A stretch of 64,000 nt of DNA from positions 3,100,001 through 3,164,000 of the forward strand of contig CM059432.1 of the NCBI GenBank assembly GCA_030390025.1, given 5' to 3'. The position numbers were made by a program, and so were the translations under genes. Shown one piece after another: positions 50,050 to 61,050 of this stretch. Numbering within the stretch: position 1 is the stretch's first letter; every line of letters begins with the position of its first letter. Origin of the DNA: Squalus acanthias. Taxonomy: Eukaryota. The notes under the pieces are model-generated. The model searched no databases and had not been told where the DNA came from. It saw only the letters and a list, made by a program, of their open reading frames with translations.

Positions 50050-50605
50050 GGTATCTCTGTAATCTCCTTCAGCCCCACAACCTCCGGAGATATCTGCGCT
50101 CCTCTAATTCTACCCTCTTGATGCGGAGATGCCGGTGTTGGACTGGGGTGGACAAACGTGAGAAGTCGCATAACACCAGGTTATAGTCCAATAGTTTTAT
50201 TTGAAATCACAAGCTTTCGGAGCACTGCTCTTTCGTCAGGTGAAGTGAAGGAGCAGCGCTCCGAAAGCTTGTGATTTCAAATAAAACTGTTGGACTATAA
50301 GCTGGTGTTGTGCGACTTCTCACATTTGTCTACCCTCTTGAGCATCCCTGATTATAATCGCTCAACCATTGGTGGCTATGCCTTCAGCTTTGGAATTCCC
50401 TCCCTAAACCTCTCCGCCTCTCTACCTCTCTTTCCTCCTTTAAGACGCTCCTTAAAACCTACCTCTTGACCAAGCTTTTGGTCGCCTGCCCTAATTTATC
50501 CTTATGTGGCTCGGTGTCAAATTTTGTGTCTTAAAATACTCCTGTGCAGCACCTTGGGATGTTTACTACGTTAAAGGCACTATATAAATACAAGTTGTTG
50601 TTGTT
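50050..50605 (+). mobile_element. L2 3' fragment hosting a Penelope-derived insertion
   Basis: L2 terminus and (gtt)n tail, interrupted at 50122-50328. Confidence 0.8.
50122..50328 (-). mobile_element. Short fold-back Penelope-like insertion (copy B)
   Basis: 13-bp TSD tctaccctcttga (50109-50121, 50329-50341), inverted arms, one-sided tail, and a hammerhead-like motif on the minus strand at 50207-50243. Confidence 0.85.
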
Positions 50606-52099
50606 GGGACCTTATACATCCTTATTCTTTTAGTAAATCGTTCCTGTACAATTATGCAATTGTTCAATTGCAATGTGTCAAATTTTAATACGATAACGCT
50701 CCTGTGAAGCGCCTTGGGATGTTTTACTACGTTAAAGGCTCTTTATATTGAGCAGTAACATTTCCAAACAGAAAACAAATATTTTTCCATATATAAGGTA
50801 ATCGAGATTTTTGAGATGAAATCTGTGAAGAATCAACGTTCCGAATCAGGTACGACTTTCCATCTTTCCTTGGATAACTGGACGCCAGATTCTCAGCTGT
50901 GTGCGGCACTGGGGTCTTCGCACTCAAACCATCGTTAGTGGAGCGGAACCCAACTCAGAGAATGTTAAGAGCCCACTTGAGTATATTCAAGTACGCATGC
51001 TGCTATCAGATTACTTCTCCTGTCAAGCAGTGTCGCAGTGGGCAGCACCCTCGCCTCCGAGTCAGAAGGTCGTGGGTGCAAGTCCCACTCCAATGACCGG
51101 AGCACAAAAAAAAGTCGAGGTAGTACTGAGGGAGCGCAGCACTGCGCTGTCTTTTGAATGAGACGTTAAACCGAGGCCCTGTCTGCCCTCCCCTCCAAGT
51201 CACACACCATCCTGACTTAGAAATATATCGGCCGTTCCTTCATCGTCGCTGGGTCAAAATCCTGGAACTCCCTCCCTAACAGCACTGTGGGAGTACCTTC
51301 ACCACACGGACTGCAGCGGTTCAAGAAGGCGGCTCACCACCACCTTCTCGAGGGCAACTAGGGATGGGCAATTAATGATGGCCTTGCCAGCAACGTCCAC
51401 ATCCCATAAACGAATTTTAAAAAATCCCACGGGCACTATTTCGAAGAAGAGCAGGGGAGTACTCCCTGGTATCCTGGCCAATGTTTATCCCTCAACCAAC
51501 ATCACTAAAAACAGATTGTCTGGTCATTATCACGTTGCTGTTTGTGGGAGCTTGCTGTGCGCAAATTGGCTGCTGCGTTTCCCACATTACAACAGTGACT
51601 ACACTTCAAAAAAACTTCATTGGCTGTAAAGCGCTTTGGGACATTCTAAGGTCATGAAAGGTGCTATAGAAATGCAAGTCTTTATTACTGTGTTTTTTTG
51701 GAATCTAAAGGCTGGGATTAATAATCCAGAGAAGGCGAGTTCAAATCCCACCAAGGCAGTTTGAGAATTTGAATTCAGTTTAAAAAAAAAAAATCTGGAA
51801 ATAAAAAGCTGGTAAAAGTGACTATGAAGCTGTTGGATTGGCAAAAAACAGCTGGTTCACTGACGCCCTTCAGGGAAGGAAACCTGCCGTCCTTACCCAG
51901 TCTTGGCCTATATGTGCCTCCAGTTCCACACCAGTGCCCTGTGAAGTGACCTAGAAAGCCAGGATTTTGACCCAGCAACGATGAAGGAACGGCGATATAT
52001 TTCATAAGAACATAAGAAATAGGAGCAGGGGTCGGCCATTCGGCCCTTCGATCCCGCTCCGCCATTCAATAAGGTCATGGCTGATGATCTTCCTCTTCT

Positions 52100-53130
52100 A
52101 CCTGGCACAAAGGAAGATGGTTGTGGTGGTTGAAGGTCAATCATCACAGCCCCAGGACATCGCTGCAGGAGTTCTTCAGGGCAGTGTCCTAGGCCCAACC
52201 ATCTTCAGCTGCTTCATCAATGACCAACATAAGGTCAGAAATGGGGATGTTCGTTGATGACTGCACAGTGTTCAGTGCCATTCACAACTCCTCAGATAAT
52301 GAAGCAGTCCATGCCCGCATGCAACAAGACCTGGACGACGTTCAGGCTTGGGCTGATAAGTGGCAGGTAACATTCGCGCCACAGAAGTGCCAGGCAATGA
52401 CTATCTCCAACAAGCGAGAGTCTAACCACCTCCCCATGACATTCAACGGCATTACCATCGCCGAATCCCCCACCATCAACATCATGGGGGTCACCATTGA
52501 CCAGAAACTTAACTGGACCAGCCACATAAATACTGTGCAACAAGAGCAGGTCAGAGGCTGGGTATTCTGCGGCGAGTGTCTCACCTCTTGACTCCCCAAA
52601 GCCTTTCCACCATCTACAAGGCACAAGTCAGGAGTGTGATGGAATACTCTCCACTTGCCTGGATGAGTGCAGCTCCAACAACACTCAAGAAGCTGAACAC
52701 CATCCAGGACAAAGCAGTCCACTTGATTGGCACCCCATCCACCACCTTAAACATTCACTCCCTCCACCACCGGCGCACCGTGGCTGCAGTGTGTACCATC
52801 TACAAGATGCACTGCAGCAACTCGCCAAGCTTCTTCGGAAGCACCTCCCAAACCGGCGACCTCTTCCACCTAGAAGGACAAGGGCAGCAGGCGCATGGGA
52901 ACACCACCACCACCAAGTTCCCCTCCAAGTCACACACCATCCTGACTTAGAAGTATATCACCGATCCTTCATCATCGCTGGGTCAAAATCCTGGAACTCC
53001 CTCCCTATCAGCACTGTGGGAGAACCTTCACTGCACACGGCTCACCACCACCTTCTCAAGGCAACTAGGGATGGGCAGTAAATGCTGGCCTTGCCAGCGA
53101 CGCCCAGATCCCATAAATGAATAAAAAACA
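52100..53130 (+). mobile_element. Second CR1-clade LINE family, ~1-kb 3' portion
   Basis: QGSVLGP, MFVDDCTVF, QAWADKWQVTF and YKAQVRSVMEYSPLAW motifs plus the family 3' UTR. Confidence 0.9.
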
Positions 53131-55766
53131 AATCTCCACTTTCCTGTACTATCCCCATATCCCTTGATTCCCTTAATATCCAAAAATCTATCGATCTCGG
53201 TCTTGAATATACTCAACGACTGAGCAACCACAGCCCTCTGGGGTAGAGAATTCCAAAGATTCACCACCCTCTGAGTGAAGAAATTTCTCCTGACCTCAGC
53301 CCTAAATGGCCGACCCCTTATTCTGAGACTGTGACCCCTGGTTCGAGACCTCCCCAAGTCAGGATGGTGTGAGAGAGTTGGAGGTGAAATTGGAGGTGAT
53401 GGCGTTCCCATGCGTCTGCTGCGGGCTTGGGAGATGCTGTTGAAGAAGTTGTTGACGGCTTAAGGAGAAATAGTTGTTTCTTTAAAGAATTAACACCGTT
53501 TCATGGAGCGTATTGGGAGAAATGGACTCCCCTCTGGTGCTGAAGGTCGTCTTTCAGTAAATTCACCATCTGTCGGGTTTTGCTCTCCCAGAAATGGACT
53601 CTTGTGTCCATTGAACTACTGTCGCAATCCGTGGGGCTCACAGAACTTTTTCGCAAGTCTACTTTTTTTTTGTAGAAAGAGGTTTTTAAGTGAGGAACCA
53701 TCCTCAAGACCCGGTATAGTAACCTGGGACTACCTTGACCACGTTGTGCCGGCCATTGCTTACAGCGGTGGCAAATCGCCATCGCACGCAAGTGCTCGCT
53801 ATACGCGGTGGGGACTCTATTGGCCTGGGTATCTACCCTTTAAATTTAAATGACCCTGTCCCCAGGATTAGGAGTGGGAGCATAACGAAGCCAGACTGAT
53901 GGGGTGGGGTGGGGTGGGGGGGCTGGGGGGGGGGAGATACTACCCTGATGCACTCCCAGCAATGTAATGGCATTATGACAATCTCCAAGCCATGCGAGGG
54001 AGTGGCTGCTTTCATCTGGTGGTGGGGGAAAAGAGTCCAGAACAAGGGGGGGGAGAAGGGGGGCAGAACCTTAAAATTAGAGCCAGGCCGTTCAGGGGTG
54101 ATGTCAGGAAGCACTTCTTCACACAAAGGGTAGTGGAAATCTAGAACTCTCTCCCCCAAAAAGCTGTTGAGGCTGTGGGGGGTCAATTGAAAATGTCAAA
54201 ACTGAGATTGATAGATTTTTGTTGGGTAAGGGTATTAAGGGTTACGGAACCAAGGCAGGTGGATGGAGTTAAGATACAGGTCAGCCATGATCTCATTGAA
54301 TGGCAGGACAGGCTCGAGGGGCTGAATGGCCTCCTCCTGTTCTGTTCCTATGTTCTGCCACGGTAAGAAGTTCAGTCAGAAAATATTGTTTTAAAAAGTC
54401 ACAGTTTACAACAAGTGTTCATGGGCAAGTTTGTGCATGGATTGTGGTTTTTGTGTTCACAGAATGATACAGCGCAGGAGGCCATTCGGCCCATCGTGTC
54501 TGTGCCAGGCTCTTTTGAAAGAGCCATCAAATTAGTTCCACTCTTTCCCCACAGCCCTGTAAATTTCTCCTTTTCAAGTATTTATCCAATTCCCTTTTGA
54601 AAGTTACTATTGAATCTGCTTCCACCGCCCTTTCAGGCAGCGCATTCCAGATCACAGCAACTCTCTGCGTTAATAAAATAATTCTCCTCACCTCGCCTGT
54701 GTTCTGGTCTTGTGCAATCTGTGGTCGTCTTCAATACAAACCAGGTGAATTCCACAGTGCTGGGCGTCTCTAACCAAGTACAGAGCACTTTCAAGAAAGG
54801 ATAACCGTGGGCAATCTTGGGAGCCAGACAACGTGCAGTTTGTAGGAGATGGGATTATGACCTCGGAGCGAGAATTTGAACAACAAGAGATGTCTTTAGC
54901 TGATTAGCCATTCAGACTGAATTCCCCACAGAATTCAGACTGAATCCACATAAACAAGTACAGTGAATCGACGAGACTCTCCCAGAGAGAGATCTGGGGA
55001 AGGGAGCGGGGGAGGGAACGGTGTTTTTGCAGTTAGTGATTAATTGTCACTGCTTATTTTTTTGATCTCGAGACTGGCAAAACTAAAAAAGGTCAAATAC
55101 TCTGGTTGAAGAATTGAAAAGCAGCGCCAGATTTATTCAGCGGCCCAGCACCATGCTCCCAGAGGTCCTTGTTTGTACAGGGAGTGGCAGGTTTTCTACA
55201 TGCACAGGCATATACAATAGGCAACTTTCCCAAGCTAGTGCAGTGATGGATTATTCAAAGCTCGGCCGTTTCAATCCGACTACACTTTGTCCGAAGGTAC
55301 ACCACCAATCGCGTTGCTGTGCCTCAAATTAAAATGGGTTGACAGAGGATTTGTTAATTGGCTTAATTGCTTTCCTAAATGTAAAACGGTGGCAGACTGA
55401 GATACTGCCCAGAACAAATGTCTTGCTGGATGAAGTGACTACATTGCAAAAAAAACAAAAATTCCCCTGCCTTGTACCCATACTAATTTCTTAATAAAAT
55501 TACTTCCAAGTTTACCTTTTCAAGAGATGCAGGAATTGGTCTACTCAACAGCCAGAAGAATGCAGCCTCATTCAACTCATTGAGTTCGGGCTGAAAACTC
55601 TGGCTAGAGGCATTGCTGGAGGTTCTAATCACGTGACATTCTGACCACATGACATCTGTCACATGACACCTGATCACATGCCACCTGATCACGTGACATC
55701 TGCAAATGTCATTGCCTTGACCTTTGGGCCCCCTGTAGCTGAGTCTTTGCTTGTGGATTTAAGATA

Positions 55767-56050
55767 GCAGCAACAACTTGCATTTTTATAGCTCCTTTAA
55801 TGTATTAAATCGTCCCGGGGCGCTTCACAGGAGCGATTATCAGACAGAATTTGACACCGAGCCCCATAAGGAGATATTCGGACAGGTGACCAAAAGCTTG
55901 GTCAAAGAGGAAGGTTTTAAGGAGTGTCTTTAAAGGAGGAGAGGTTTAGGGAGGGAATTCCAGAGCTTAGGGCCCAGGCAGCTGAAGGCACGGCCGCCAA
56001 TGGTGGAGCGATTAAAATCAGGGATGCTCAAGAGGCCAGAATTGGAGGAG
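55767..56050 (-). mobile_element. L2 3' fragment
   Basis: Antisense L2 terminus, as at 17051-17495. Confidence 0.8.
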
Positions 56051-56225
56051 GGCTGAGAATGAGCACTGACTTAAACTCACAACCTCATCACTGAGGGTAA
56101 GAAACTCGGCGAGCTACGATGCTATGGCCAAATCAATACAATGGATTCTGCTTAAAGTGAAAAATCCACTGTTCCAACATCATAGAACTTACAAGATTAA
56201 GACTCCAGTTTTAGCGAAACTCCTA

Positions 56226-56813
56226 GGACTGGATTTTGATACTGGGGCGGGTTGGGGTCGTGTCATCCACTTTTCGTGTTATCCACCCGACTGCAATTGG
56301 ATGTGGGAGATTGATGCAATTTTCATCTAATTGGGCAATTGAGTTCCAGCATGTGGAACCCATGACCCAATTAGTGTTTTCAGTCTGAAAGTCGCCTCTG
56401 ATGATGTCATCATTGCTGCTGCATTGAAGGTCTTCAGAGACTGCCTGGCCTTTGCTGTGAGAGGACCTGCAAAATAAGCAGCGCCAGCCAGCGTCAACTA
56501 TCCATATCCAAATGTGCTCCCGCCAGGTTTCACATTCGTGGCTCAGAACAGGTGTGCTTCACGTAGAACAAGGGTTAAAATCACAAAGGCCTTTCAAAAT
56601 GGCATTATAGAGCCAATTTAGTGCTTGTTCAGGGCCTTAACAGCCTATCCTGCCACTTAGAGGCGGGACGCAGTCGGGACCAGCAGACACGATTTAGTGA
56701 AAATTGCGTGGAGGCGGGATGGAGGCGGACTTGTGCCCGCCCGCCAGTTTTCGCAATTTTAACCCCCCACACGCCTCCATACCCGCCTCCACGGGTCAAT
56801 GAAAATCCAGCCC
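56226..56813. mobile_element. MITE, PIF/Harbinger-like
   Basis: Imperfect TIR ggactggatttt / aaaatccagccc, flanked by cta / tta. Confidence 0.6.
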
Positions 56814-57387
56814 TTACAGTATGTGTTTGTGACGCAAATTACGTATTATATTCTAGGTGGACTCCACTGCTGTTTGTTTGTGCTGCGGTCAGTATTGCGA
56901 TTCTGTTTAGGATCGCTTTGCCCCATTTCTCGAGTTACACCGACAGCTTTTCCTTTGGCCGTGCCTCGGGATTCAGGTGCGCTGCGTCCATTTTGACCTT
57001 GTGCCGTACGTTATTATTGTCTGACTTTTATTTTGATATTTAGCTGCCTTAAGCAATGGGTTACCTTTCCCCAGTAAACGTCGTCGCCTCCATCCGGCAT
57101 TATCTGGCTGCCCTTTAATTCAGTGTCTGTCTCCGACGACCTCGCACAGGCTTCAAGCAGCCCACACCTAATCAGAGACGCTTACAGCACAGAAGGAGGC
57201 CATTCGGCCCCGTCGTGCCTGTACCGGCTCTTTGAAGGAGCCGTCGTGCTCAGTCCCACTCTGACCTCTCTGTCCTCGGCCTCTTACACTGTTCCAATGA
57301 TGCGGAGATGCTGGCTGTTGGACTGGGGTGGAACAAAAGTGAGAAGTCACACAACACCAGGTTATAGTCCAACAGCTTTATTTGAAA

Positions 57388-57424
57388 TCACAAGCTTTCG
57401 GAGCGCTGCTCCTTCGTCAGGTGA
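57388..57424 (-). ncRNA. Minimal type I hammerhead ribozyme motif (mirror copy)
   Basis: Exact reverse complement of 57540-57576. Confidence 0.7.
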
Positions 57425-57539
57425 AGTGAAGAGATGCATATAGTCACAGCATATATAAAGGGCAGTTAGAAAGATTAACTGTAATCATCTGGCAGTGTTC
57501 TCTGACTATATATGCTGTGACTATATGCATCTCTTCACT

Positions 57540-57576
57540 TCACCTGACGAAGGAGCAGCGCTCCGAAAGCTTGTGA
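57540..57576 (+). ncRNA. Minimal type I hammerhead ribozyme motif
   Basis: tcac-CTGACGA-a-ggagc-agc-gctcc-GAAA-gctt-gtga: stem I tcac/gtga, core CUGANGA, stem II ggagc/gctcc, GAAA and a palindromic AAGCTT stem III. Confidence 0.7.
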
Positions 57577-57910
57577 TTTCAAATAAAGCTGTTGGACTAT
57601 AACCTGGTGTTGTGCGACTTTCTCACTTTTGTTCCAATGAAGCTCAATGTAAGCTCGGGGAACAGCACCTCATCTTTCCATTGGGCACGTTACAGCCCTC
57701 TGGACTCAGCATCGAGTTCAACAATTTCAGACCATAACCTCGGCCCCTATTTTTTCACATGGCAGCTGTTGATGATCCTGCCATCCCCATTTGCAACATT
57801 TAATCTCTCCTGCCTTCCATCCTAGCACAGATCCTAGTCCCTTCTGTTCCTTCCTCCCCCTTTCCCTGCCTCTGCACCTGCTTAAAATCTGTTACATCTC
57901 TAACTTTTTC

Positions 57911-57951
57911 CAGTGCTGACGAAGGGTCGCAGACCTGAAACGTTAACTCTG
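57911..57951 (+). ncRNA. Minimal hammerhead motif of the second Penelope family
   Basis: CTGACGA (57916-57922), stem II ggtc/gacc, GAAA (57937-57940), palindromic AACGTT and a short stem I agt/act. Confidence 0.6.
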
Positions 57952-58296
57952 TTCCTCTCTCCACGGATGCTGCCTGACCTGCTGAGTGTTTCCAGCATTT
58001 TCTGTTGTTGTTTTAAATAAAGCTAGTAATATGGCCTATATGTGACTCCAGACCCACAGCAATGTGGTTGACTCTTAACTGCCCTCTAAAATGGCCGAGT
58101 GAGACACTCGGTTGTAACAGAACCGCAAGGAAAACCTCACCACACGGACTGCAGCGGTTCAAGAAGGCAGCCCACCACCAGCTTCTCGAGGGCAATTAGG
58201 GATGGGCAATAAATGCCGGCCTTGCCAGCGAATGCCCAATGGATAAAAAAAAAATTGCATTTGTACAGCGCCTTTAACGTAGTGAAACGCCCCAAG

Positions 58297-58433
58297 CAAT
58301 GTTCTCTTTAACTTTTTTTTTGGGGTGTGCGGTCCCTTTAAGGGGCTGCGCGGCCCATTCGAAATACCGCTCACGTGCGGTGTTTCCGATTTAAAAGCCG
58401 GTGAGCTGGCCTCGCGGCTTAATGGATACATTG
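58297..58433. mobile_element. hAT-like MITE inserted in an L2 tail
   Basis: Ends caatgttctctttaa / ttaatggatacattg and 8-bp TSD gccccaag / gtcccaag. Confidence 0.8.
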
Positions 58434-58465
58434 GTCCCAAGGCGCTTCACAGGAGTGTTATCAGA

Positions 58466-58975
58466 CAAAAGGATATACTTGCCATAGAGGGAGTGCAGCG
58501 AAGGTTCACCAGACTGATTCCTGGGATGGCAGGACTGTCGTATGAGGAGAGATTGGGTCGACTAGGCCTGTATTCACTAGCGTTTAGAAGAATGAGAGGG
58601 GATCTCATTGAAACGTATAAAGTTCTGACACGGCGAGACAGACTGGATGCAGGGAGGATGTTTCCCCTGGCTGGGGGGGGTCTAGAACGAGGGGTCACAG
58701 TCTCAGGATACAGGGTAGGACATTTAGGACTGAGATGAGGAGAAATTTCTTCACTCAGAGGGTGGTGAACCTGTGGAATTCTCTACCACAGAAGGCTGTG
58801 AATATATTTAAGAAGGAGATAGATATATTTCTAGACACAAAAGGCATCAAGGGGTATGGGGAGAGAGCGGGAATATGGTATTGAGATAGAGGATCAGCCA
58901 TGATCATATGGAATGGCGGAGCAGGCTCGAAGGGCCGAATGGCCGACTCCTGCTCCTATTTTTCTATGTTTCTCA
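58466..58975 (+). mobile_element. CR1 LINE 3' fragment
   Basis: KDILAIEGVQRRFTRLIPGMAGLSYEERL and the 3' tail. Confidence 0.9.
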
Positions 58976-59597
58976 AATTTGACACCACTTTAGCGTCATT
59001 ATAATACTTGATGTGCAGATAATTGTCAAAGAACTGGTTCCTTCAGTGGCCAGTAGACTTTGCCTTTTCACACTCGTCTGTCACTATTAGGAGACGCCAG
59101 TCATACACCTTTTTACCTTTGACAGATGCTCCTCAGTGTATCTCTTTGGATGATCCTCTGACCCTTTCCCTACCCGCACAGCTCTAATTACCAACCGCTC
59201 AGAGGGACGGAAGTTGTCTCAAGGTCGGAACTACCGAAACCCCTGGAAGGCCAGGCCTAATCTTTCTTCGTGCTTAATGGTCTGAGAGATTCTGCGATTT
59301 AATCAAAGGAACGGCAGGTTGTAGTGAAAAATCACAACTGCCATTGCTGCAAGCCTAGTCTGCACATCGACTCATAGAGGAGTCTGCCAACCACTTCTAA
59401 AAGGACATTCATTGTGTGTGCCCTTTTTCAATTTTATTTAGTGTTAACCATTAGACGGTTGGTAAATTTGGGAAAACCTTTTGTCTCACGCACTGTGAGG
59501 CCGAAACAAACCCTCTCCTTCTCCCTTTTTATTGTTTTAAGCTTATGTTGTTTTTATCTAAAGATAACCTATTCTAATTTCAATTCTGTAACCATTA

Positions 59598-60250
59598 GTC
59601 ATAGAATCAAAGAATCTTACAGCGCAGAAGGAGGCCACTCGGCCCGTTGAGCCTGTGCCAGCTCTTTTGGAAAGAGCTCTACAATTTAGTCCCACTCCCC
59701 CCCTGCTTTTTCTCCATAACCCTGCATGTTAATCTTCTTCAAACACATGTCCAATTGGCTTTTGAAAGTTACTATTGAATCTGATTCCACCACACTTTCA
59801 GGCAGCGCAATCCAGATCACAACAAGTCGCTGCGTTAAAAACATTCTCCTCATCTCCCCCTCTGGTTCTTTTGCCAATCACCTTAAATCTGTGTCCTCTG
59901 GTTACCAACCCTTCCGCCAATGGAAACAGTTTCTCTTATTTACTCTAACAAAACCCTTTCTGAACACCTCTATTAAATCTCCCCTTTCTGAACATCTCTA
60001 TCAAGTCTCTGCTCTAAGGTAAACAACCCCAGCTTCTCTCAGTCTCTCCACATAATTGAAGTCCCTCATCCCTGGCACCATTCTAGGAAATCTCTACTTT
60101 TTTTAATTCATTCTCGGGATGTGGGCGTCGCTGGCAAGGCCGGGATTTATTGCCCATCCCTAATTGCCCCTTGAGACGGTGGTGGTGAGCCGCCTTCTTG
60201 AACCGCTGCACCCTCTCCAAGGCCTTGACATCCTTCCGAAAGTGTGGTGA
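59598..60250 (-). mobile_element. CR1 LINE 3' fragment with an inserted family-2 tail
   Basis: Antisense LTQRLVVIWIALPE and the 3' UTR. Confidence 0.8.
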
Positions 60251-60359
60251 CTTTAATCAGCATGATCCTGACGGAAACCAGACTGAAGGATTTTCGAATA
60301 GAGAACGGTGGGATGATTTTGGGGAGGAAAGGAGATTAAAGACAAAGGTATTTAAGGAT

Positions 60360-60557
60360 GATGTGGAGATGCCGGTGTTGGACTGGGGTGGACAAATGTG
60401 AGAAGTCGCACAACACCAGGTTATAGTCCAACAGCTTTATTTGAAATCACAAGCTTTTGGAGCGCTGCTCCTTCACCTGACGAAGGGGCAGCAGCTCCGA
60501 AAGCTTGTGATTTCAAATAAAACTGTTGGACTATAACCTGGTGTTGTGCGACTTCTC
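60360..60557 (-). mobile_element. Short fold-back Penelope-like insertion (copy D)
   Basis: 12-bp TSD gtatttaaggat (60348-60359, 60558-60569), inverted arms with essentially no spacer, and a hammerhead-like motif on the plus strand at 60473-60510. Confidence 0.85.
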
Positions 60558-60769
60558 GTATTTAAGGATAATGGAGCGATGAAGTGTGGGCTTTTTAAGA
60601 AGGGGGTAATTATGCCGGTTTTGAAGTGGGTGGGAAACATTGCTTGAGGAAATAGAGAGATTGATTATCTTGGTGAGCATTGGACCAAAGAGAGTTAGTT
60701 GAGTGATCAGGAACCAAGTGCCTGAAAGGGTGGTGGAAGCAGATTCAACAGTAACTTTCAAAAGGTCCC

Positions 60770-61050
60770 CCGTGATAATGATCAGATAATATTAGCCAGG
60801 ACGCCGAGGATAACTCCCCTGCTCTTCTTTGAAATAGTGCCATGGGATCTTTTACGTCCACCTGAGAGGGCAGGCGGGACCTCGGTTTAACGTCTCATCC
60901 GAAAGACGGCACCTCAGACAGTGCAGCACTCCCTCAGTACTGCACTGGGAGTGCCAGCCTAGATTTTGGTGCTCAAGTCTCTGGAGTAGGGCTTGAACCC
61001 ACAACCTTCTGACTCAGAAGCGAGAGAGCTGCCCACTGAGCCATGGCTAT
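60770..61050 (-). mobile_element. Deu-SINE 5' portion
   Basis: Antisense tRNA-like head and Deu core. Confidence 0.8.

Larger units (their letters stand above)
57301..57629 (-). mobile_element. Fold-back Penelope-like insertion (copy C, longest)
   Basis: 11-bp TSD tgttccaatga (57290-57300, 57630-57640), ~125-bp near-perfect inverted arms around a ~50-nt spacer, and a one-sided tail. Confidence 0.9.
57257..58012 (+). mobile_element. Penelope-like element 3' end (GIY-YIG C-terminus plus pseudo-LTR), interrupted by copy C
   Basis: Removing the insert and one TSD restores HSDLSVLGLLHCSNEAQCKLGEQHLIFPLGTLQPSGLSIEFNNFRP* (stop 57735-57737), typical of the PLE endonuclease end. Downstream ctgacgaagggtcgcagacctgaaacgttaact. 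Confidence 0.85.

Noticed and set aside
53470..55330. ORFs of 96-117 aa in unique-looking DNA
   Set aside because: No recognisable homology or splice structure. Lengths are compatible with chance.
24576..60557. Fold-back elements as MITEs or pre-miRNAs
   Set aside because: Variable 11-16 bp TSDs, variable fold-back points, an asymmetric tail and the hammerhead/AATAAA motif fit Penelope-like retroposition better.
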